Positions 28,316-38,647 of a DNA stretch of 64,000 nt are shown here, piece by piece. The DNA is from an uncultured Bacillales bacterium (GTDB taxonomy: Bacteria; Bacillota_I; Bacilli_A; RFN20; CAG-288), in assembly GCA_905211645.1 (NCBI GenBank), contig CAJMBK010000008.1, positions 8,272-72,271 on the forward strand, in the 5' to 3' direction. The notes under the pieces are model-generated. The model ran no database searches. It saw only the letters and a program-made list of their open reading frames with translations, and was not told the origin of the DNA. Each line of letters starts with the position of its first letter. The stretch's first letter is position 1. The position numbers and the translations under genes were made by a program.

Positions 28316-28852
28316 TTAATTATCTGATAATACTAGATTTTCAACACTTTCTTCATCGATAGTTGTGTCGAAGTTATCGATGGTAGATGTCTCTTTCTTT
28401 TGCTTGCTAGGACGACCTTTTCTATTCTTATCTGACGAGAATAAATCGAACTTAGCATTTGGATAATTAGAAGACTGATAATTCCACATCTCAAGACGTT
28501 TGCTAGCAGGAATAAAAACTCTAATTTCATCCTCGTTGTAACCAACTTGGATTTTTCTATCGTCTACGATGATAGGACGTTTTAAAATAGTAGGATTCTT
28601 TTGGATGAAGTCAAGTAAGTCATTCAAGCTCATGCTATCAACATCGATGTGTTGCTCTTTCATGACTTTACTTCTCTTACTGATAATTTCTTCAGTGCCA
28701 TCCAAACTCTTTGTAAGGATTTCTTTTAAATCGTCTTTGGTGATTGTTCCTGCAAGAATGTTGATTTCTTGAAATGGAATGTTTTGTTCTTTAAACCAAG
28801 TTTTAACCTTTCTACAGGATGAACAACTTGGAGAAGTATAGATTTTTACCAT
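28316..28852 (-). CDS. spx: Spx/ArsC-family redox regulator with ~45-aa C-terminal extension
   Basis: MVKIYTSPSCSSCRKVKTWFKEQNIPFQEINI matches Spx N-terminus incl. CxxC; gggagg RBS. Confidence 0.75.
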   Translation of the reverse strand: MVKIYTSPSCSSCRKVKTWFKEQNIPFQEINILAGTITKDDLKEILTKSLDGTEEIISKRSKVMKEQHIDVDSMSLNDLLDFIQKNPTILKRPIIVDDRKIQVGYNEDEIRVFIPASKRLEMWNYQSSNYPNAKFDLFSSDKNRKGRPSKQKKETSTIDNFDTTIDEESVENLVLSDN

Positions 28853-28921
28853 AGCTTTTTACCTCCCTAATAGCTGTGAAAGCTTACTTTGAGTAGATCA
28901 AATAATACTACTTAAAATCTC

Positions 28922-29665
28922 TTACTCATTAGAAGATTCAGCCGTTTTCTTAAAAACAGAAAAATACATCAAATATGCGATTGTGATACAAACTATATTA
29001 AGGATAACCATGAAGTTGATAAGAATAATCAATCCAGTGGTTAAGAAGTAGTAATAGAAAATTACCAACAAACCCATGTTAACGTAGAAGATGAATGTGG
29101 TAAATTTTCCAAACCATGAAGCTCCTTTTAATTCTTTACCTTTATCTAACAAGAAGATGTTAGCAAAGAACAAAGTTCCTTCTTTAAGAATGAAGATAGC
29201 GAGCATTACGTAGAATAAGTAGTACATATCCCACACGTTATCTCCAATCGCATGGACGCTTGTGACCTTAACTGTAAAACCAATTCCAATAAATAATTGC
29301 AAAACTTTATCTGCGGTAGGATCGAGTGCCTTTCCTAAGCGTGAATACAAACTGTATTTTCTAGCGATAAATCCATCTACAAAGTCTGTGAAGCCGCAAA
29401 GTAGTAACATCAATCCACATAAAGTCGAATTAAATAAGAAATTCGTCTCGTTCAGTGGATCTCCAGAAACTAAATCATTCGGATACAAGTACAGGAACAG
29501 AAATACTGCACTTAGAATAAATCTTAGATAACACAAAATGTTTGGCAACAACAAGACATCATGCTTATTGAATACTTCTTTGAAATATAAGCAAAATCTT
29601 TTGCCTAGAGGTAATGTGGTATCTTTGCTTCTTTCTTTTTCTTCCATATCCATGTGTGTGCTCAT
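28922..29665 (-). CDS. CDP-alcohol phosphatidyltransferase family protein (PgsA-like)
   Basis: DFVDGFIARK...GKALDPTADKV = D-x2-DG-x2-AR...G-x3-D-x3-D signature; multi-TM. Confidence 0.65.
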   Translation of the reverse strand: MSTHMDMEEKERSKDTTLPLGKRFCLYFKEVFNKHDVLLLPNILCYLRFILSAVFLFLYLYPNDLVSGDPLNETNFLFNSTLCGLMLLLCGFTDFVDGFIARKYSLYSRLGKALDPTADKVLQLFIGIGFTVKVTSVHAIGDNVWDMYYLFYVMLAIFILKEGTLFFANIFLLDKGKELKGASWFGKFTTFIFYVNMGLLVIFYYYFLTTGLIILINFMVILNIVCITIAYLMYFSVFKKTAESSNE

Positions 29666-29714
29666 ATCAAAATCACTACATTATTTTAATATAAAAACAA
29701 AGTAGATAAAACTA

Positions 29715-30998
29715 TTATTTTGAATCATCCCCAAAATCAAGAATTACAGATTCATCATCGTTCGATGATGAACTATTCTTGGAATCATCAATTTCTGTAG
29801 AACTAACTTCCTTGGATTCAACATCAATTGGTTCACTTGATTGATCATTTCCCGCATTAAAAGTTTTATTCATATCTAAATTATCTTCACCATTTTTTGG
29901 ATTGATATTAAAAATATCTTGATTTACAAAATCATTAATAATTTCTTGAGAACGTTTTTCAATATCATAAGAATTAAAATCTGAATTATAGAATAAACCT
30001 AAGCCTTTATAATCCTCAGTATGAACATAATTTGGATTATAAAATGGAGCAATTGCTAAAATAGCTTTACTTTGTGAGGTTGCTTTAGCAATATTAGGCA
30101 TCAAAGCTAAAATAGTTGAATACATCATAACCATATAAAATGGTACAAAAATAGAGAATACAACCCAGCTACAAACTAGAGGAACTGCAAAAAGTAACGA
30201 ATAAAGAGTGCTATCAGTCAAGATAATTTTGGAAATGCCTGCCCAAACTCCATAATATGTTCCAGCACAGATAATAAATATTGGTAAACAGTACATCAAA
30301 CGAGCAATTAAGATGTCCTTTTTAACTGGTTCCAAAGAGATTCTTTTTCCAAATTGTCTTAGTTGCATACCAGACATATTCGAACCACTATCTGGTAGAG
30401 TAAACATTGCTGCAAATACATGATCAAATGCTCTTAAGCACATAAAAGCCATATATGAATATGGAACGAATGAAATAATGGACACTAGATTCATCATTAC
30501 ATTAATAAAATATGGAGCTTCAGCACCAGGACCATTAAGAAGAACGGAAATTGGTGCACTAGAATTTGCAGAAATATATTCGAGAAATCTATCGTAAGAA
30601 TCAGGATAAAAAGCTTTGTAATAAGGATAGAAAGCGAAATTGATAATTAAATTTTCCAATGCAAAAAAGATTATGTATCCAGCAACAATTCCTATAAAGA
30701 ATGGAAATATTCCAGAAACTCTTGGATAGTACTTACTATATCCATCCTTATATGTAAAATTCTTTGGTCCATAACCGGTAATTGTAGTTGATAATCGCAT
30801 GAATACCGTGTAATACAAAGGGTAAATAAAGTACAACAAAACAAGAGAAATCATCATTAAATAAGCAAGAGCAACAATAAAAGCAGTAGCAAATAGAGGT
30901 AAAACTCCATAACTTAAATCTTTTAATAGTGCTTTCTTATTTATTTGTTTTCTGTATGATCTTGCTTTTAAATTAATCTCGCTCATCTTATTCAGCAT
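29715..30998 (-). CDS. polytopic membrane protein with acidic Ser/Asp-rich C-terminal tail, unknown family
   Basis: 427 aa, ~8-10 TM segments; start overlaps copZ stop by 11 nt (translational coupling). Confidence 0.5.
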   Translation of the reverse strand: MLNKMSEINLKARSYRKQINKKALLKDLSYGVLPLFATAFIVALAYLMMISLVLLYFIYPLYYTVFMRLSTTITGYGPKNFTYKDGYSKYYPRVSGIFPFFIGIVAGYIIFFALENLIINFAFYPYYKAFYPDSYDRFLEYISANSSAPISVLLNGPGAEAPYFINVMMNLVSIISFVPYSYMAFMCLRAFDHVFAAMFTLPDSGSNMSGMQLRQFGKRISLEPVKKDILIARLMYCLPIFIICAGTYYGVWAGISKIILTDSTLYSLLFAVPLVCSWVVFSIFVPFYMVMMYSTILALMPNIAKATSQSKAILAIAPFYNPNYVHTEDYKGLGLFYNSDFNSYDIEKRSQEIINDFVNQDIFNINPKNGEDNLDMNKTFNAGNDQSSEPIDVESKEVSSTEIDDSKNSSSSNDDESVILDFGDDSK

Positions 30999-31170
30999 TA
31001 AAACCTACAGAACTAATAACTTCTTTGGCTTGTTCATAATTTTCTTCAGCAACTGTAACAGTTTTATCTTCTAATTTAACTTCTGCAGTAATTCCTGCTT
31101 TTTTTAAAGCTGTTGAAATAGTTTTATGACAATGCATACATTTCATATCTGAAACATGAATAGTTTTCAT
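30988..31170 (-). CDS. copZ: copper chaperone CopZ (heavy-metal-associated domain)
   Basis: 60 aa, MKCMHC (MxCxxC) HMA motif. Confidence 0.75.
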   Translation of the reverse strand: MKTIHVSDMKCMHCHKTISTALKKAGITAEVKLEDKTVTVAEENYEQAKEVISSVGFNAE

Positions 31171-31229
31171 ATTAATACTCCTTTATAACGATAGATATTA
31201 TACTAATTTTTTGTTATGTAAGTAATCTG

Positions 31230-33446
31230 TTATATACCAACACCTTTATTCCTATCAACTTTATATAGGCGAATTCTTGATGCATTCACAATCAAAGTCA
31301 GTGATGAGACGATCATCAAAACGCTGGCAAGTGTAGGTGAAATATCACCCATAATTGCAAATGGGATAAGAATTAAGTTATATAAAATAGCCCAGATGAA
31401 GTTTTCGATAATGTTGATAAAAACTTTCTTGGATATCTTAATTGTATCGATAATTAAGCTAACTTTTTGTTTAAGCAAAATACAATTTGCTTTAGCTTTG
31501 GTGATTTCACTTGCTGAATATGAAGCAACTCTTAAATTTGTTGCAGAAAGAGCAAGGATATCGTTAACGCCATCACCGATGTAACATGTGTGACTTCTTA
31601 ATTTTTCATCATTGTTGATGTCTTTATCAATAACTTCTTTCTTTTGATTAGGTAAGACTTCAGCATAGATATCTTTAGAATCAAAACCTAAGGATTGACC
31701 GATAGAATTTGTATATTCTTTATTGTCTCCTGAAATTAAAACAGGTCTAATACCCATCTTTTGTAATGTTGAAATAGTTTCATGACTATCTTCTAAAATT
31801 TCGTCTTTGAGATCAATTAGTCCAACTAATTTATCATCTTTTAAGATGACGACAATACTACCTTTATCTTTAGAATCTAAGATTTCTTTATTAGTATTAT
31901 CAACTGAAACACCATCTAAAAGTTTAATATTTCCTATTTTGAATTCTTTGTAGTACAACCCGATACCTGGAACCTCTTTTATAGCAGAAATATCAACAGT
32001 TTCATCTGGTAATATCTCTTTTTTATATTCACAAATACCTTTTGCAATAGGGTGATTTGAAATGCTCTCAACTTTTTTAACAACAGATAAAATGTTATCT
32101 GGAAGAGTACATTTATTAACGCCTAAAGCACCTTTAGTTAAAGTACCAGTTTTATCAAAATAAATTGTCTTAATTTCACGAACTTGTTCAAATGTGTCAC
32201 CAGTTTTAAACAAAACACCTTTTTTCAAAGCAAGGTAGAAGCCATTAAGTGAACTTAATGGAACAGCTAATCCAAAAGCACAAGGGCAACTAACAACTAA
32301 AACAGCAATTGCGTTAATAATTGACTCAGTTACTCTTTGGTTTTCAGGTAGATTTTGATTTATTGCAAAGTAATTAATAACGAATGCAATTATAGAAATA
32401 AGAATGATTGCAGGTACGAAAAATGAAGCAATCTTATCGGAAATTCTATTTAAATGTCCTTTCTTATTATCCAAAGCATAAGACTCATTAACTATGTTAG
32501 ACATCATTGAATCAGCTACAGGATTAACAACTTTCAGAGTTAAAGTTCCAGAAATCAAAGTTGTAGAAAGAAATACTTCATCTCCTTCTTTAACATGTCT
32601 TGGTAAAGATTCTCCAGAAAGAACTTTCTCGTCAACTTCACCGGTTCCAGAAATAACAACACTATCCGTAGGAATTGCTTCACCTTGTTTAACAATGATC
32701 GTGTCATCGTATTCCAAAGTATCAGCTTCAACAACACTGACAGAGTCATCATCATTGATTTTATTTGCATTCTCTGGAATTAAAGTCTGTAACTTATCCA
32801 AAGTTGATGAAGATTTATTCTTAACAAAATCGGTAATCATGTGACCAATATAAATGATCGATAAAATCATCATTGTTGAATCAAAATAGGTTGTAGTTCC
32901 CATCTTGAAAACTTCAGCTAAGTTATCTTTTTCTACAATTAAGAGCGAAACAGAAAGAATGTAACTTGCCAAAGATGAAAGTGAAATAAGTAAGTCCATA
33001 CCTACTCTTTTCATCTTAATTTGAACTATTGATCTGTATATAAATGGTGTACCGATAGCCACTAAAGCAAGTGAAGCAAAGATAAGCTTAATTAAATTTG
33101 AATCAAAGAACATGAAGAAATCGATATGAATTCCTTGATCCATGATAATCATATTGATCATGCCTAAAACTGCCACAACTAAAGTGACAATTGAAAATAT
33201 CAATGCAAATAACTGATAGTTGAATCCTTTATTTTTTTCATCGATAACAAGTTTGTAACCTTGTTGTTTAATTAATCTTGCGATGTAAGAAAGAGGAGTT
33301 TTATCACTATCATAGGTGAAAGTAACGACATTTTTAGCAAGGTTAACTTTAGCAGGTATTCCAACTTTATTCAAAGTTCTCTCAACATTTGCTGAACAAT
33401 GAGAGCAAGTCATACCTTCAACTTTCAAAGTGATTGTCTTTTTCAT
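31230..33446 (-). CDS. copA: copper-translocating P1B-type ATPase
   Basis: N-terminal HMA GMTCSHC, TM CPC motif (SCPCAFGLAVP), DKTGTLT, GDGVNDILAL. Confidence 0.85.
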   Translation of the reverse strand: MKKTITLKVEGMTCSHCSANVERTLNKVGIPAKVNLAKNVVTFTYDSDKTPLSYIARLIKQQGYKLVIDEKNKGFNYQLFALIFSIVTLVVAVLGMINMIIMDQGIHIDFFMFFDSNLIKLIFASLALVAIGTPFIYRSIVQIKMKRVGMDLLISLSSLASYILSVSLLIVEKDNLAEVFKMGTTTYFDSTMMILSIIYIGHMITDFVKNKSSSTLDKLQTLIPENANKINDDDSVSVVEADTLEYDDTIIVKQGEAIPTDSVVISGTGEVDEKVLSGESLPRHVKEGDEVFLSTTLISGTLTLKVVNPVADSMMSNIVNESYALDNKKGHLNRISDKIASFFVPAIILISIIAFVINYFAINQNLPENQRVTESIINAIAVLVVSCPCAFGLAVPLSSLNGFYLALKKGVLFKTGDTFEQVREIKTIYFDKTGTLTKGALGVNKCTLPDNILSVVKKVESISNHPIAKGICEYKKEILPDETVDISAIKEVPGIGLYYKEFKIGNIKLLDGVSVDNTNKEILDSKDKGSIVVILKDDKLVGLIDLKDEILEDSHETISTLQKMGIRPVLISGDNKEYTNSIGQSLGFDSKDIYAEVLPNQKKEVIDKDINNDEKLRSHTCYIGDGVNDILALSATNLRVASYSASEITKAKANCILLKQKVSLIIDTIKISKKVFINIIENFIWAILYNLILIPFAIMGDISPTLASVLMIVSSLTLIVNASRIRLYKVDRNKGVGI

Positions 33447-33520
33447 AGATACCTCCTTTTACCATATATATCGTTTCTAATTATAAAAACTTTAAAAATT
33501 TTTCAAATAAATATGCTTTT

Positions 33521-33557
33521 TAAAAAATCCTAGTCTTCTTTCCGGAAAACTAGGATT
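33521..33557 (-). terminator. intrinsic terminator after NERD-like gene, upstream of copA promoter
   Basis: aatcctagt/actaggatt 9-bp stem with palindromic loop tttccggaaa, T-run on minus strand. Confidence 0.55.
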
Positions 33558-33566
33558 GATTTTCAA

Positions 33567-34151
33567 TTAGATCTTTCTCTTAGCCATGTTAATTCTTACT
33601 TTATCGGACATAGCTTTGATATGAGTGACAGTTTGCTGTAAGTCTTTGCTATCGAAGCATTGCTCATCGTGTGTATCTTCATATTTAACAATGAATTTAT
33701 AGAGATTCTTCAAATGAACAATCTCATTTCTTGAATAACTATCTTTCAAGACTTTGCTTGGAAGTTGAACTCCATTGTTAATGACAGTTACAGGGATAAC
33801 TAATGGAATATTTGGATCTTTAGTCAAAAAGAGGTTGAGCATGTAGCTTCTTGTTCTGTTGTTGTAGATAGGATTGGTGACAATTTCCTTGCTGTCGGTT
33901 TTATCGTCGTAAAGAACCCATTTCTTATCTTCGATAGCACCTTCAAGGTCACCTTTAAAATATCTATCATCGAAGCAGTAAACATATTTATCAGATATCA
34001 AAAGATGTGAGCAACTCCAAGTTTGATTATCGATAATCAAAGTGACATTGTTCATCAAATAGAAGTCAAAATTGACTGCTAATCTATATAAAACCTTGTT
34101 TACTTTTTCAGGAAAATTTTTAACTTTCTTTTCCTCATCAGAAAATAGCAT
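33567..34151 (-). CDS. NERD (nuclease-related domain)-like protein
   Basis: SHLLISDKYVYCFDDRYFKG...NP motif pattern resembling NERD DHLVIS..IFVIExKNYKG core. Confidence 0.4.
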   Translation of the reverse strand: MLFSDEEKKVKNFPEKVNKVLYRLAVNFDFYLMNNVTLIIDNQTWSCSHLLISDKYVYCFDDRYFKGDLEGAIEDKKWVLYDDKTDSKEIVTNPIYNNRTRSYMLNLFLTKDPNIPLVIPVTVINNGVQLPSKVLKDSYSRNEIVHLKNLYKFIVKYEDTHDEQCFDSKDLQQTVTHIKAMSDKVRINMAKRKI

Positions 34152-34164
34152 CTTTAAATCCTAC

Positions 34165-34872
34165 TTATTCTTTAATACAACTTAATGCAACTTCCATCAT
34201 CTTGGTGAAAGAATTTTGTCTTTGTTCTGCAGTTGTTTCTTCGTGTGTAATAAAACTATCAGAGATAGTCAAAATACATAATGCTTCCTTACCTAAGTAA
34301 GCTGCGTTGCAGTAAAGGGCATAGCTTTCCATTTCGACAGCTAAGCAACCCATCTTTGCCCATTTTTTCCAGGTTTCTGGTTGATCGTTGTAGAAGACAT
34401 CGGAAGAAAGGACGTTACCAACGTGATAAGGAGCTTTAAGTTCCCTACAAGCATTGACTGCTTCTTCTAAAACATTGTAACTTGCAATGGCTGAGAATGG
34501 ACCAGGTAAAGCGTATTGATGTGCCCAGTTTGAATTGGTGCAAGCACCTTGAGCGATAACAATATCAAAAAGTTTGCAATCTGCAGTGTAAGATCCTGCG
34601 GAACCGATACGGATGATTCTTTCGACATCATATTGATCATAAAGTTCATAGGAGTAAATACCGATTGATGGCATACCCATACCTGAACCCATGACTGAAA
34701 CTTTTTTACCTTTGTAATAGCCAGTATAACCGAACATGTTTCTGACGGTGTTGAAGCATGTTACATTCTCTAAAAATGTGTCAGCGATAAATTTTGCTCT
34801 TAAAGGATCGCCAGGCATCAAAACTGTCTTTGCGATATCACCCTTTTTAGCGGCATTATGTGGTGTTGGCAT
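34165..34872 (-). CDS. deoD: purine nucleoside phosphorylase, DeoD type
   Basis: 235 aa; PGDPLRAKFIA...GSGMGMPSIGIYSYEL family-1 PNP signature. Confidence 0.85.
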   Translation of the reverse strand: MPTPHNAAKKGDIAKTVLMPGDPLRAKFIADTFLENVTCFNTVRNMFGYTGYYKGKKVSVMGSGMGMPSIGIYSYELYDQYDVERIIRIGSAGSYTADCKLFDIVIAQGACTNSNWAHQYALPGPFSAIASYNVLEEAVNACRELKAPYHVGNVLSSDVFYNDQPETWKKWAKMGCLAVEMESYALYCNAAYLGKEALCILTISDSFITHEETTAEQRQNSFTKMMEVALSCIKE

Positions 34873-34953
34873 ATAAAAACCTCCCTAATTGTTTTCTTAA
34901 ATTTTATCATATTGATAAAATAATTAACGCAAACTGAATAATATTTTGAGCAG

Positions 34954-35409
34954 GTGTTAAATATGATTTTTTTAGTAGATGTTACAACTGTAGTTATAGT
35001 TAGTATTATCGCTCTGATCTTCTTAGGCATTGTATTCTTCATCCTTGTTTCCCTTTTAACCAAAATTAAAAAGGATCACGTTTTAGTTTGTATGGATGCT
35101 CTTGGAAATCGAAAAGCTTTTTCTCAAGGAATACATTTTATCAGCCCATACAGATATCAAAAAGTTAAAGAGATAAATATCGCTGAAACAACAATTAAAG
35201 GTAAAATCGAAAACTACTCATTAGTTATCACTTATAAAGTTGAAGATCCAATTAAAAATTCGTACAAAGAAAATACATTTTCTGAAGAACTTACAAAGTT
35301 TGAAAGTACTGAAAGAATGCAAAGCGATGAATATTTAATTGATGGAATTAAAAAAATCGCCACCGATTATGGTGTCGATTTGATTGAACTTAGTTACAAG
35401 AAAGATTAA
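34954..35409 (+). CDS. short SPFH/band-7-like membrane protein
   Basis: N-terminal TM then ...GNRKAFSQGIHFISPYRYQKVKEI... resembling SPFH core; only 151 aa. Confidence 0.4.
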   Translation: MLNMIFLVDVTTVVIVSIIALIFLGIVFFILVSLLTKIKKDHVLVCMDALGNRKAFSQGIHFISPYRYQKVKEINIAETTIKGKIENYSLVITYKVEDPIKNSYKENTFSEELTKFESTERMQSDEYLIDGIKKIATDYGVDLIELSYKKD

Positions 35410-36206
35410 TTCTTTCTACCTTGTCTTGCTTCGATGTACATCTGACGGAAAATATTTGGGAATTCGTCGGATAATGTACTTGTGGCTTCTGAGTTGTAAG
35501 TAATTTGAATCTTACCTGTTTCTTCGGAAACAAGGATTGTTAATGCATCCGTATGTTCGGAAATTCCAAGTGCAGCTCTGTGTCTTGCACCATTTTTTCC
35601 GGTGAGAATTTTCTTAGTTGAAGGTAAGAATACTGCAGCAGCTAAGATAATATTGTCTCTGATAATAATAGCACCGTCATGTAATCTTGTTCCTTCGTAG
35701 AAAATAGTTTGAACTAATTCTGGAACAAATGGAGCGTTGATAATTGTACCGTTACTTGCGTATTGATCAAGTGATTGGCTTCCTTCAAAAACTAAGATTG
35801 CACCAGTTTTGGATTCGGAAAGTGTCTTAACTGTCTGACAAACTTTGTTGATGAATTCGTCGATATCGTAATCACTTGTATTGTGGTTTTTGTTGAATAA
35901 TCCAGGTTTAGTATTTGCAAAAAATTTTGAAATCATACCTGCGTTGACTTGGCAACAGATAATTGAGAGTAAGATGAAAATTCCAAATGTTACATATGTT
36001 CCTGTTTCAACGGCAAGGATATAGAATAAAAAGAATAAAACGGCTAAGACGATGTAGGTAATTCGGACAAATAACTTTCTAAATAGGAAGCATGCCAAAA
36101 CGGTCAAACCGATAAGGGCAACTAAAATCATTATGAATTCAAAGATATATGTTGGGTCATTTCCAATCTTTGAAAAAATAGTTTCTGTCACTAAAAAATT
36201 AAACAT
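35406..36206 (-). CDS. cdaA: diadenylate cyclase CdaA (DacA)
   Basis: 3 N-terminal TM, DisA_N motifs HDGAIII and GARHRAALGISE. Confidence 0.85.
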   Translation of the reverse strand: MFNFLVTETIFSKIGNDPTYIFEFIMILVALIGLTVLACFLFRKLFVRITYIVLAVLFFLFYILAVETGTYVTFGIFILLSIICCQVNAGMISKFFANTKPGLFNKNHNTSDYDIDEFINKVCQTVKTLSESKTGAILVFEGSQSLDQYASNGTIINAPFVPELVQTIFYEGTRLHDGAIIIRDNIILAAAVFLPSTKKILTGKNGARHRAALGISEHTDALTILVSEETGKIQITYNSEATSTLSDEFPNIFRQMYIEARQGRKN

Positions 36207-36355
36207 CTTTTAACCTCATTAATATTATATATTAAATGACACGTGTAGATGATTTTTTAACATATATTTTTGCAATTAACAACTTAACAAACTCAGCCTG
36301 AAATTTATTAGAAAGATTGAGTAAATAAATGAAATATCCTAAACTATTAAAACTT

Positions 36356-36426
36356 GCACCCGTGATTTAGTGGTAGAATGAAAGCTTCCCAAGCTTAATG
36401 TGCGGGTTCGATTCCCGTCGGGTGCT
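36356..36426 (+). tRNA. tRNA-Gly (anticodon read as CCC)
   Basis: acceptor gcacccg/cgggtgc, U73 discriminator, anticodon loop ttCCCaa, TTCGATTCC T-loop, no encoded CCA. Confidence 0.75.
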
Positions 36427-36486
36427 ATTTTTTATTGGAAATAATTAATTCAATTAACTTAACAATTTATAAAAACAAATAAAAAT

Positions 36487-36559
36487 TGCCACAGGTAGGA
36501 ATCAAACCTACGACCTATCGATTACGAATCGATTGCTCTATCAACTGAGCTACAATGGC
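36487..36559 (-). tRNA. tRNA-Thr (anticodon CGT)
   Basis: minus-strand gccattgtagctcagttgatagagc...atcgattCGTaatcgat...ttgattcc; convergent with tRNA-Gly. Confidence 0.75.
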
Positions 36560-36610
36560 ATGTAATAAATTATACAAATTTGTAACTCTCAAAAATAGTA
36601 AAATATCGTC

Positions 36611-37912
36611 ATGGAAAATAATGAATACATCGAACTTTTAAAGCCTTATTTAACTGAAGATGAACTTGCAATTTATTTTAAGTCTTTAGATGATTCTTAC
36701 TACAATAAAGGTGCAATTATAAATACTAATTTAGTTAGTTTTGAAACTCTCAAAGAAGACTTCCCATTCATTGAGAAAAACTACAAGCTTGAAAGTTTTA
36801 TAAATTTCACTTCTGAAAATAATTTGTCTAAATCGCCATTCCATTATGGCGGTGCTTATTATCTTGTTGATCCTTCAAGTGTTGAAGTAGTTTACCCTTT
36901 ATACAAGAATTTAAAAGATGGCAGTATCGTTTTCGATTTATGTGCAGCTCCTGGTGGAAAATCAATTATTCTTGCTCTTTTAAGACCTGATATTTTGATT
37001 GTTAGCAATGAAATAAATCAAAAGAGAGCGCAAATTTTAAAGAGTAATATTCAAAGACTTGGCTTAACAAATGTTGTTGTCACAAATAATTCCATCAAGG
37101 ATTTCGCAGGGATTTCTCAATTTAACCATGCAATTGATGGCATCATTTTAGATGTTCCATGCTCAGGAATTGGCATGAATAGAAAGAAGGCCAAGATGGA
37201 GGATGACTATTCTGAAGGTAAAGCGGAGAAGTTAGCACCTCTTCAGTTAGATCTTTTAAAAACTTCATTAACAATGTTAAAAGATAAAGGCTTACTTGTA
37301 TATTCAACATGTTCTTACAACGAAATTGAAGATGAAGGTGTTATCTTACAAGTTTTAAATGAAGATAAAACTGTTGAACATATCGATTTAAATATCGAAA
37401 ACGCTAAATATTCATCAAGTAAAATTGGTTCACATTTGATACCACCATTTTACAAAGGTGAAGGACACTATGTTTGTTTACTTAAAAAATATTGTGATAA
37501 AAGTAATGATTTAGAAATTGAGAAAGTTAAGCTTTCTAAAGATAATAAAATTGAATTACCAATCATTGAATTCAAAAAGAACAAATATATTGCAGATTAT
37601 TTCTTAAAGCACCTCAATAGATTAAACATTGTTTCAATTGGTGTTGAACTTCTCAATAATTTTCAAAATGAGAAAGCATATTACAATGTAAACTTTTCTC
37701 ATACAAAATATGGTAAAAATCTTTTATCAGTTGTGTCTACTGATGACATTGAATTAGCCAATAAATATCTAATTGGCTACGAAATCCCAACTGAATTTGA
37801 TAAAAATGCCGAAGTCGCATTTGCATATAAAGGTGTAAATTTAGGTTACGGAAAAGTTGTAAATAGGAGATTGAAAAACTATTTTCCTAAAGGATTGAGA
37901 AAGAAAGATTAA
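36611..37912 (+). CDS. RsmB/RsmF-family rRNA cytosine-C5 methyltransferase (NOL1/NOP2/Sun), intact motifs
   Basis: DLCAAPGGKS, DVPCSGIGM, YSTCS motifs; 433 aa with C-terminal extra domain as in RsmF. Confidence 0.75.
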   Translation: MENNEYIELLKPYLTEDELAIYFKSLDDSYYNKGAIINTNLVSFETLKEDFPFIEKNYKLESFINFTSENNLSKSPFHYGGAYYLVDPSSVEVVYPLYKNLKDGSIVFDLCAAPGGKSIILALLRPDILIVSNEINQKRAQILKSNIQRLGLTNVVVTNNSIKDFAGISQFNHAIDGIILDVPCSGIGMNRKKAKMEDDYSEGKAEKLAPLQLDLLKTSLTMLKDKGLLVYSTCSYNEIEDEGVILQVLNEDKTVEHIDLNIENAKYSSSKIGSHLIPPFYKGEGHYVCLLKKYCDKSNDLEIEKVKLSKDNKIELPIIEFKKNKYIADYFLKHLNRLNIVSIGVELLNNFQNEKAYYNVNFSHTKYGKNLLSVVSTDDIELANKYLIGYEIPTEFDKNAEVAFAYKGVNLGYGKVVNRRLKNYFPKGLRKKD

Positions 37913-38014
37913 CTTATTTAGTCAACTTTATTATTGAAGTTGACTTTTCTTATTATCCAAATGGTCAACTAACTCTCTTATCTCTATAATAATTTCAAAA
38001 AAGGAGAGATAATT

Positions 38015-38632
38015 ATGACTTACATATTTCTTCATGGTTTAGGTCAAACTTCATCAAGCTGGGATGAAACAGTAAAATCTTTAGATAAAGAATTAAAGTT
38101 GTTTACTCCAAATTTATCATATTGGATAAAAGATAAAGAGTCATCATTTAATACACTTTACGATGAACTTATAAAATATTGTGAAAAAGTTGATGATGAT
38201 CTTTGTCTTGTTGGTTTATCCTTAGGTGGAGTTCTTGCTTTAAAATATGCTATCGAACATCAAGATAAAGTTAAGTCATTAGTTTTAATTGGAACTCAAT
38301 ACAAAATGCCAAAAGGTTTATTAAAATTCCAAAATGTCATCTTCCATTTAATGCCTAAGTCTGTGTTCTCCAAGATGGGATTTCAAAAATCCGATTTCAT
38401 CAATCTTTGTAAATCGATGATGGATTTAGATTTTTCAAGCTCAATCAAACACATCAAAGCCAAAACTTTAGTAATCTATGGTAAAAAAGATAAAGCAAAT
38501 AAATCCGCTGCAATCGAATTATCAAAGTTAATTCCAAATGCAGAATTAGTGTGTATTCCTAACTCAAATCATGAAGTTAACAATGATAAGCCAGATTTAC
38601 TTGCTAAGGAAATTAACAGATTCTGTAAATAA
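38015..38632 (+). CDS. alpha/beta-hydrolase fold protein
   Basis: GLSLGG nucleophile elbow, 205 aa. Confidence 0.65.
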   Translation: MTYIFLHGLGQTSSSWDETVKSLDKELKLFTPNLSYWIKDKESSFNTLYDELIKYCEKVDDDLCLVGLSLGGVLALKYAIEHQDKVKSLVLIGTQYKMPKGLLKFQNVIFHLMPKSVFSKMGFQKSDFINLCKSMMDLDFSSSIKHIKAKTLVIYGKKDKANKSAAIELSKLIPNAELVCIPNSNHEVNNDKPDLLAKEINRFCK

Positions 38633-38647
38633 ATTCATCTATCAAAA

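Noticed and set aside
33447-33566. Searched copA upstream region for CsoR/CopY operator
   Set aside because: Only an AT-rich promoter (TTTGAA...TATAAT) and the upstream gene's terminator hairpin are present; no GC-rich CsoR box or TACAnnTGTA CopY box.
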